Below are positions 1-10,100 of a stretch of DNA of 64,000 nt, in pieces. Positions within the stretch are counted from its first letter, which is position 1; every line of letters begins with the position of its first letter. Both the position numbers and the translations under genes were made by a program. Origin of the DNA: Chrysemys picta bellii (lineage: Eukaryota). The stretch covers positions 135,718,001 through 135,782,000 of the forward strand of contig NC_088795.1 in the NCBI RefSeq assembly GCF_011386835.1. The letters run 5' to 3'. The notes under the pieces were generated by a model, which ran no database searches, had not been told where the DNA came from, and was given only the letters and a program-made list of their open reading frames with translations.

Positions 1-394
1 ATCTTCCCTGTGTGATACCAGAGTAGTTCAGATTACTTGTTTAATCAGGAGGGGCTGGCAGCAGAGTGACTTCAATGAAGGGTCCTTGTCTCTAGAACTA
101 AATCCCCCCATTGGTCCAGCAGAGACTGGTTTTGTTGACCCTTGATTTCTGCAAGGCTTTCTGTGGGAAAAAGAGCTGAGTGGGTGGTACCGGGTGGTGT
201 GAGAGTCCCAGTTTGAGTGGGGCTGGGAGGACCTTGTATTTTGGACATTGTTTCTAGTGTGTTTATGACTTCAGTGTTGTCTGGGTGCCCAGAGCTTGGG
301 ATGGGCCCAGATTGAAACAGAGCAAAATAAATACATTGAGAACAGATGTCATAGGAGAAGGGAAAAAATAGGCTGAACATCAAGAGTAAAACCT

Positions 395-585
395 TCTCTG
401 GCAATGAGATTGCTTAATCAGTAGAACGGTCAGTTAAGAAAAGCGGTGGAAACTTTGTCCCAGGAGACATTGAAAATTAAACTGGACAAATGCCAAAAGC
501 ATGTACTACAGGGAATTACCCTGCTATGGAAACTGATGAACTAAATGGGCTCTAGTAGGTCCTCTCCATCTCTGACTTCTGTGAG
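395..585 (+). mobile_element. Old CR1 3'-end fragment
   Basis: Degraded similarity to CR1 3' ends seen elsewhere in the window (gacattgaaaattaaactggacaa...gtcctctccatctctgacttctgtga). Confidence 0.6.
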
Positions 586-651
586 CCAACTGAATTGTGC
601 TTTTAGATTAATTTACTAGTCTCTAGTTCAGAGGCCTCAGTGAGAAGCAAT

Positions 652-790
652 GTAACTTAGCGGACACTGGACTAGGATTCAAGAGACTTGGGTTCTGTTC
701 CTTCGCTAGCCAGCAGGGTGACCTTAGACACCGCTCTGTTCCTCAGTTTCCCCACTAGTAAAATAGGGGTAATGATATTTCCTTTTGTCA
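652..790 (+). mobile_element. CORE/MIR-like SINE fragment
   Basis: ggacactggactaggattcaagagacttgggttc...gtgacctt...cctcagtttcccc...gtaaaataggg. Confidence 0.6.
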
Positions 791-1090
791 AGCTGTTTAA
801 GATCTACTAGGGAAAAGCTTTATATAAGAGCAAAGTGTTATCAATAACTGTATTGGACAAAGTCATTGAGTCTATTCTGTAGAGTGAAATCCTACAATTG
901 TTCCCTGCATGTGATGGGGCGGAGAGATGGACTAACTAACCATAGTAGTAGGACTTTTCCTTCTCAGTCTTCTATCCTCCTGGATGTGGGAGTGAGTAGT
1001 GGTTGGTAATGCACCCTGTGATCGAGCTGATATGGGGAAGTGCCACAGGATTTCTAATACAGCATGTTCACTTTTTTTCCCCAGGTCAAC

Positions 1091-1163
1091 ATGGATTCGT
1101 GGTTCTTTGTCCTCTTGCTTGGAAGTGGCCTGACGTGTCTAGGTGCGCACATCACTACCTCAG
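1091..1163 (+). CDS. PTPRA: PTPRA coding exon 1 (signal peptide [24 protein letters not shown])
   Basis: Acceptor tttttttccccag ends at 1084, ATG at 1091, donor CAG|gtgaga, end phase 1. Confidence 0.95.
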
Positions 1164-4100
1164 GTGAGACATGTTCATCGCTTCCTCTCCTGGTTGTAAA
1201 CAGTAGTCGGGATTGAATGAGGAGATCCTCAAATCCTTAGTGACTTACTGCCCTCATCCCCTTAATTACCTGCCATGAAGAAGTGTCTGACAGGAGTTGC
1301 AGATGGTAGAAGATGATCAGTATATGGTGTCTGCTAGAAGATAATGCTGGGCCTGCAAACATCGAAGATCCTCACTTATTGTGTTTTTTGTTTGTTTTTT
1401 TTAATTAGTCATGCTCCTAGTTAAGGTAGCAAAGGCAGGGGATAATATCTGTCTAAAACATCTGCTCTTCTATTGCCCTTATCACTGCAGTATCTAAAGC
1501 CATCTCCATACTGTGGGATTGTGTGTTTTTTGCACTGATGTCGCTACAGTAGTGCAAATCTCAAGTGTACATGTGATGCAAGATGGGGCTTGCATTAGTG
1601 CGACATACCCAGTGAGCTACTGGGATAAGATACATTGGTGCAGGCCCTATTGTGCACCAGTGCCGTGTGTTTATATTAAGTGAAGTTCGACTGCAAATTC
1701 CCCAAGGCTAAGCAAGCCCTATATGCTGATTAACCAGTCTTACCAATGATCCCACTGAAAAATTCTTCCTTTCCAGACCCTAAGTCTAGTATGTGTTTAG
1801 AGACCCTGAGATTGAGTCAATGTGTGTGCACTGGATGCATCTATCACTGCCGATGCATGCAAGGTAATAGGTGCTTTAGGAATACACAGATACTGTATCA
1901 CCAGGGTTTATGCAAATTCTTTTTAATCCTTGGTTCATTGATTCCATTCAGGTGGACAATCCTGATTGCCTGATGGGGACAGGACAGAAGTTTTACCCCA
2001 CAGTGTGCTGGCTGGAACCCTGAGGCATTTTTTGCCTTGCCCTGAAGCATTTTTTGGGGGGCACATCCCACCTGACCAAAATCCTGCAGTTGTGGATGAT
2101 GGACATTGGTGGCCTTTGTGCCTTCCTGTTGGCAATATCCCCCCACTGATCTTACTGCCATGATAGGGAATATAGTGGGAGGTCATCTTTTCCTCCATTC
2201 AGATTCTCCCACAGTGCCAAGTGAAACTATATTTGGACTCTGATAACTCAGTGCAAACATTTGCTGGGTCAAATGAAAGCTGAGGTCAGCTGCATTTAAT
2301 ACTGAAAACCTGCCTTTTAAATAATCTGTGGCTGAGAATGAATGGGAAGGATTGAGATTGTCACACATCCCTGGTTGCCTAGAGCCAGACCCAGCTCCCA
2401 TTGAAGCCATTGGAAAGACTCCCAGGGATTTCAACGGGAGCTGGATCAGACACCTACCAGTCACTGAACTCCTGCGGTTGAGATGCAGGGCCTAATTCTC
2501 CTTTCACACCAGTGTTATTTGACTGAAGTCAATGGCGTTACACTGAAGTAAAGCCAGAGGAGAATTGGTCCGATCTGGTGTTCCCAGGTTCAGCTGCCCC
2601 AATGCTGGGGAGGGGAAGGAATAAAAGGACATTGGAGGTTATCTTGTGCTTTGTTGCTTCCAGTGCCACCGTCCATAGAGCACACCTCTGCCATGCATTC
2701 CACGAAAGCCCCTACATCAGAGCCAGATGGCAGAAAGGGCACTAGTCCAAACAGTCTGAACGCTAGCTCTTCAACAACCGTAGTTACCAAGGCGCCTGGG
2801 CCTACTACCATGCAAGCCACAGAGCTCCCTCCGAACACCACTGTCAGCTTGCTGGGCAATGAAAACCGCACCATGAGGACAACTGTGCCTGCACCTGGGT
2901 CCACCTCCAGTCCACCCAGCACCACATATTCTGCTGCACAAACAGCTTCAGAAGACATAAAGACAGTGCCCGCAATGGGGAACATCACTATGGCAGTAAC
3001 TTCTCCAGAAACCATTGTCACTTCAGGTATGGCAAGGACACTTTTCATTCCTTCCTCTTCTTCCCTGTGCTCCAGGCCCCTCGCCCCTTTAATACCTGGC
3101 TTTATTCTACTTTCTTCTGTTTCCTGAGAGCATTTGGAAACCAGAAGTAAACTTTTTAGGGCCAGCGCCCCAGCTGATGTAGACTGGTCCCTCTCCATTG
3201 AAATGAATGGAGCAAAGTTGACTTACACCAGCTGATGATCTGGCCCTTATACTTAGAAGCCAGGGAAACAAAACTCAGGCTGTGTCCAGGGAAGAACAGT
3301 GGTATGTGGCTAAGGCACAGGACTGGGATGCCAAGAGTCCTGATTTCTAGTCCCATTTCTGCCACAGGTTTTGGGCCAGTCACATCACCACTGTCTCTTT
3401 CCTCATGGGAAGGAAAAAGGGTCTAGTGATACCCAGTCCCATTGGTTGTGAAGTCATTCTTTAAAAGAACACACAAGCAAGAAAAAAAACCACTGGGATC
3501 CTGCTCAGCTGAAGTGCTTTAATGGTCCAAAGGGCAGATATTATCACTACGTATTTGTATTTTGATAACACCTAAGGACCCCAGTCAGGGAGCTAGGGAC
3601 TCAACGTATGAAAAACACAGTCCCTGCCCCAAAGAGCTGATGATCTAGGTCACAGTTCTGAATGGGATCCAAGAAGGAATTGCCCAGGAAAGGAATCAGT
3701 GCCCCCTAGCAGTAGGCACTGAATAAGCAAATAACACAGTGGCAGTCCCTGCTCCAGAGAGCATAAAGTAAAGGCCACTTTTACAAATGTGGCCCTTGAT
3801 TTCTGTGCTGCAGTTTTTGTGTAAACTGAGAGACTGTGGTTCGGTGGCTAAGGCACTGGCCTGGGGGGCAAGAGACCTGAATTCTTTTCCTAGCTCTGCC
3901 ACTGACCTGCTGTTTAATCTAGGGACAGTCATTTCATCAATCTGTGCTTCAGTTTCCCATCTGTATAATGAGGAGAATACTTCCTTTTGGGGGAGATTCT
4001 CTGTTGTGTTATGCTGTGGGTCTGACTAGATGGTCATAGTGGTCCTTTCTGTTCTTAAAATCTATGATCATATAAAATGGGGAAGACCACTCTGACACAC

Positions 4101-7100
4101 AGGAGGGTTTCAAGCACTTTGTGAGCCACAGATGGAAGGGGCTATAGAAGTGCTGGGGATTGGAATAACAAAGTCTGGTGAAAGAAGTAAGGGTTCAGTC
4201 ACTGACACTCATTATGGTTTGTTTTGCTTTCTCTAGGTGAGCCATCAAAAGGCCCAGGTAAGCACTTACCATTAGACACTCTTTCTCTAACCTAGGGCCT
4301 GACTGGTTTTAACTGAACCCTTGGTTCGATCATTCTTCGTATTAAGATACCATTAATATATATTTTATAAAGGGTTAATAAATGACTGATAAATGTTATA
4401 TGCATGTTACAGACACAAGTAGCATATGCTATCAATTGTTATAAGCACCACACTAAAAAGTGTTTATAGAGGTTCATAAGCCATGGTTATAAGCAACCTG
4501 ATGGGACTCAATAACAATCAATTAACAGTTTATTAAAACATCTAGTAGTTTATCAACCCTTTGTAAACTTATTTATAAATGGATTCGTATGGGAAAGTGT
4601 GAGCCTTGTTTCTACATGGTTGGTTCTACCTTTTCTGACTCAAGCTTCGTCACTTGTACCATGTCTCTGCCTTGCCGTTCCCAGGAGGGAAGTGGGTCCA
4701 TGGAAGGAGATGTGGGTGGGTTTTTTCCCTAGCATGAATGTTCAAAAGAAGCTGGCTTTGTAAAAGCTGGAAACTCTGGGAGAAATGCACTTTAAATCTC
4801 ACTTTGTGTTCCATGAATTATTTGGTTCTTTTATGTTTTGGAAGCAGTACCTGTTCATCCCCTCGCCTCCTTTTCTCCTCCCCACCTCCTCCAGCCCATA
4901 TGCCATGTGCATGTCACACTGTTTTAAGGAAGACAATTGTTTTACACTGCTGCTGACTTATCAGGAGATACTACAAGTAAGACAAACACAAACAAGGATC
5001 ACAGAAGTTAGAGGCTGAGAAAGACCTATTAGGTCACATCTGGTCCACCCTCTGCCAGTCCATAGCTGTTCCCTACAGTGCTTTGGCTTACAAGTGTGTG
5101 TCTTGAAGGTAACCATTCCTAGAATTCTTGGACCCAGCTTCTTTATTGGATCAGGTCCTCAGCTGATAAAAATTGGCATCGCCCCATTAAAGGCAATGGT
5201 ACTATTCTGATTTACACCAGCTGAGGATCTGACCCATAGTCTTTAGAAGCATGCATGCACATGGCCACTGTTCTCTGCTGCACTGGTGTAGAATTATGCT
5301 CTGCGAAGCTATGTGCAGTCACATTCTTGTCCCTTCTTGTCTTTCTCACTGAGCCTTGGGTGGTTCAAACTAACCTCAAATTTTACATAGCAGCAGCCCC
5401 CATTTCAGAGTCTGCTCAGCCTGACAGTAATCTCTGGATTCATCTTCCTGTCTGGCAGCACGTTTTGCTTCATCTTCCACTAGGCAAAGTTAATGGGGCA
5501 AGAACAGGACTCCCTCTTAAAGGGGCCATAGAATCATTATGTGCTGAGAAGCTGAGACCCCAGTGTGAGGTTAAGTAGCAATAAAAGTGAACAGGATTCT
5601 CAGTGCTACAAGCCAGCATTCATTAGAATGTAATAAAAAGTTTGAATTCCATTTGAAAATGGTATTTGTCATACTTCCACTGTTTACAAACAAGTGATTT
5701 CTTTGCCTTAAGAATTTCCTCAGTCTTGTGTGCTAGTTTTACTCCTGTTCTATTTGCCACTGCTATTATATTTTTATACAAAATAATCTTGAGTTCTTCT
5801 CAGGTTATTTTTTATAGTCCATTTCAATAGCCATTGAAATCTTTATCTGCCCATCCTTCCTGGACCTGGTGAGTGGTATGTTTCTAGCAATACCAACCCC
5901 CAAGTGCTCAAAAATCATGAGTCAGATCTCAAAAACATAAGATCAGTTCAAATGTAATGAGATTTGGAGAAAAAAAAAGTTGCAGTTATTTTATTTGGTT
6001 TCTGAGACATTAGGGCTCACTCAAATCATGTTTTCAAATTTTTCTCCACAACCAGAATAGCTAGAAATGTACTTTTTTTCTTGAAATGAAAGCTGAGGTT
6101 CTCATGTAATCACAGCACTCCAGCAGATAGGGCATTAAAAGAAGAACCAAATATTGTGAGGCTGGCACTAAAATCACAAGGGTTAATTGTCACAATATTG
6201 TTCTGTCTCAATTTCTACCCTCCCCCTGCTGCTTCTTACAATTTGTATTTCTCTGGGGCTAAGGTATTCTTGTTTTGTTCTTTTTTTGTTGTGCAGGTGA
6301 TTCTGATCAGGAGAGAAGAGGTGAGAAGTTCACATCTCATTGCCATGTTATGTCAGTATACTGTGTATTCCTCTGCTAAGCATGACCAACTGTGCTTTGG
6401 GATTTTTTTAATAGTATTTGAAAGAACAGAATGCATTCTTAGGGGCAGGATATTGAAAGTCCTCAGGGGCCAGATTTTCAAGAACTCAGCACCTATTATT
6501 GGACTAGATGAGCTCAGCTTCCATTTAGACATCCAAGTAAGGTCCAGATTTTCAGAAGTACTCAGCCATCCAGCAGCTCCTAGGGTGACCAGATGTCCCG
6601 ATTTTATAGGGACAATCCCAATATTTGGGGCTTTTTCTTATATAGGCTCCTATTGCCCCCCACTCCCTATCCTGATTTTTCACACTTGCTATCTGGTCAG
6701 CCTAGCAGTTCCCCATGTGACCATTCTGATCACATTTTTGAAAGTGCTTTCTGCCTAATGTGTCTGGGCTCTATAGAAAATCTGTCCCCTGTTTGGCACC
6801 TGTGGATGTTAAATTCTTTTGAAAAAATTACTTCTATTGGGAGTTCTAAACTCTTTTGAAAAATCTGGCATTAGAACCTCCATAGAGCTGGGTGAATAAT
6901 TTGTATCTATGGGAGCTATTTGAAGAACTTCCCCCTCCTTTTCTGCTTGGGAATTGCCTGTTAATCATGATTTCCCCTAATGTGTTCATTTTTCAAAATT
7001 ATTTGCCGAATAATTCCTGTGAATAGTTCTTGTTCATGAGCAGATCTGGTAGCAAATAATCAAAATTCCAGCTGTTTTGATTATGATAGGTCATTTGGTC

Positions 7101-10100
7101 TGTTTCTGTCATGTGATCGGTTGAGCTTAGCTGAGAGACTCAGGTTTCCCACTGGAATATTTGCAATTACAAATTAATTCAGAAATATAGGAATTGCCAG
7201 ACCGGATCAGACCAATGGTCCTTTTAGTTTGGTTTTCTGTACTTTGAAATTAGCTTTCTGCAGCTATTTTAGCAGTACTCTGTTCAGTGTTTCAACTAGA
7301 TTAGATTACAAGGTGCTCCAATTAACTTGGTTAGATTTGCAACTCTCATGATGCTATGCACAGTGTAAATAACTAGGTAGATACTCTGTTTCTGCAAATG
7401 TTCTTGTCAATAAACATGTTTGCTAGAAGGTTCTCAGAAAGTGAAAACAAAAGGGATACAGGCCAAGTGAATTCATTTTAAAAGTTGGTTGTACACCTAT
7501 GGAAGCTTTCTGCACAATTCCCCTACCTCCAGCACAGCATGTGTATTATTCAGTGCCCTCTCACACCTGCAGATGCTGAAACAAAAAATTTGATTTACTT
7601 TTCATCTCTGCTGCTGTTAATTTATTTTTTGCACTTCACTGGCTTGGACAGTTAAACTAAGCCAGTCAATTTCATTTCCTGGTTCTCAGGGACCAGTGAA
7701 AGGTGTTGGTGTTTTAAGTAATGCAAGGGGGATATTTAAACAAATACCCACATTTGTTGAGTTGGGCTTTTTTTTTTTGTTTAAGTCTCATGGAAACGCT
7801 TTTGTTCCCATTAGATACAACAAAACATTTTTATTGCCTGAACCTAAATTTTTGCCATCTGTGAGGTTGCACTAAGGGTACCTGAGAGCAGAATTTTATC
7901 CTATGAACTAGATCTCCTGTTGGTGTAAATCACTGTAACTCCATTGAAGTCAGTGAGTTACATTGATTTATACCTGCTGCAGATCAGGTCTCATATTTTC
8001 ATTCTGATTTTACTCTTCTTTGTGTCTAGATACTCTAGTTGTGGTGCTTGAACCTGCATTATTTACTCATGCAAGAACTCCCATTGGACCTGGTTTGATT
8101 TCTCTTACAATGATGTGTACATTAAGTAATTCCATTGAGTTCAGTGAAGTTATGACTGTGAAACCATGACAGAGATTAAAATCAGGCTCATTGGCTGACT
8201 TCATCAGGACTGGTTGCTGCAGGATCAGGCCTGTTATGAATAGAGCATCTTTGAAATTACACTGGAGTTTTCCTTTAAATCTAAGGAGCATTGTGAGCAA
8301 ACATTATGAAGAGTTTATAGGGAAGTGAAAACTTGGAGCAAAAATAGTTGTTGTCTTCTTTGAAGTCAGGGCAAATACCTATTGGGAGCTACTTACATTT
8401 TTTTAAAGTATCTAGTATCAGGAAGAGAGAAATTGCTGGTACACTTGTAAAGAAAGTTACAGCAATATCTTTAACGACACTTCAAAACTTACCCCTCTTA
8501 ACAAATTGCTAGTGATGTCTTTAATGCAAGTGAAATAAAGGAGCTTTCACTGGAAGTGAGTGAAAATGTTCTGTATTTTTCCCCCCGTGATCATTAAACT
8601 TTCAAGAGGAGTGGTACAAGATGGTAAATGTTGAAGAATAAATTATTTAGGGCTGTTATATAAAAAACAAATAACCCTTTCATTTTACTTATACACTCTG
8701 TGTCTGTCTCTCTCTTTCATATGTACACCTATAGCAGCGTCTGTATAAGATATGTTCCTAGAAACCTGAAAGAATTTGGTTTCTCTGTTTGTTTTTTAAT
8801 CCTCAGATGGCTGTAGTTTGGAATTCCAAGTGCTACTGTAAGATTCATTACTGCAGAACAAGTTGAGCTTGATGGATTATGCCAGAGAATTAATGCCTCC
8901 TTGTTCTTTGATTTGTTTCTTTAAATATGGTATTTTCAGAATGAAAATATGTATATCGTACCAGATCTTGGTTTTATAGCATTGTCACTACATTGCACAC
9001 AACAGGGCCATTCAGAACTTCCTCAGGACTAGACCCAGAACCACCTGTTTCAAAAGCAGAGGCCCCTACTAGTTGAGTTAGAGGAGAATCTCCTTTAGCT
9101 GACAGCAATATAGGGGCTACAATACAAAGTTGAGCAGTTCTGATTCCATCCAGCAGAAGATAGTGGGGGGGGGGTTGCATTTGTAGACACACGTGTGTGC
9201 ATGCACACACATACATGCCAGTTCATTACAATATGTACAAAGATAGATATATTATCTAGTAGTTGGGGCAAAGGACTGGAAGTCAAGACTCCTGAGTTCT
9301 TCAGGAGATCAGTTCACATCTGGCTCACTGTGTGATTTTTTTTTTTTATACAAGTCACCTAGATTTATAGATTTTAAGGTCAGAAATGACCATTATATTA
9401 TCAAGGTTTACCTCCTGTATAACACCAAACAAGTAATTTCCTCTTGTGACTCCTGTATTGAGCCCAGTAACTTGAGTTTGATTAAACCATATCTTCTGGA
9501 AAGACATCCAGTCTTCATTTAAAGACAAGAGATGGATAAGTCTCTGCGTCTCCATTTTTCCATCTGTAGAATGGAAATACATCTCTACTTTATAAGGGTG
9601 TACTGAGGCTTAAATAACGCAAGTAAAGTGCTTTGAGATCTTGGGATGAGACGCATCATATAATTGCAAAATATTGTTTTTCTTAGGTATTGCTGAATTT
9701 TATTAAAAATTCCTAGTAATCCAGCAACTCACAGGAGGCCCATTGTACTAAGCAGCCTCCAAATGTATCCCTGTATCCTGGGGCTGACAATCTAAGAAGA
9801 TGAGCAACATGTAAACAGTTGGGGAGAAATATGCAATAACAAATACAGAATTTTATAGTGTATCAGCCTATTCCAGTTGCCCCGCAGCTGCTTGCTCTTC
9901 ACCTCTAGTTTCTTGCAGGTATCTCAGCAGAGGTGAGCATTGAGAAATATGGAGGAGAAGGAACTTGGCCCTATGGATCAGTTCAGGGAGGACGTTATGT
10001 ACATACAGGGAGACATGGAGAACAGTGCTTCATCCACTAGACCACACTCCCATCTCACTGTCGATTTCCTGGTACTGTAAATATAGAGATTAGGCCTGAT

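Noticed and set aside
72-404. 110-aa minus-strand ORF with a Pro/Thr-rich middle
   Set aside because: No recognisable domain or splice context. Its length is compatible with chance.
2590-3198. 202-aa minus-strand ORF
   Set aside because: Antisense shadow of PTPRA exon 2, with no independent coding features.
8807-8812. 6-nt in-frame micro-exon (ATGGCT) using donor GCT|gtagtt
   Set aside because: The donor is too weak to support. The longer 31-nt option is reported instead.
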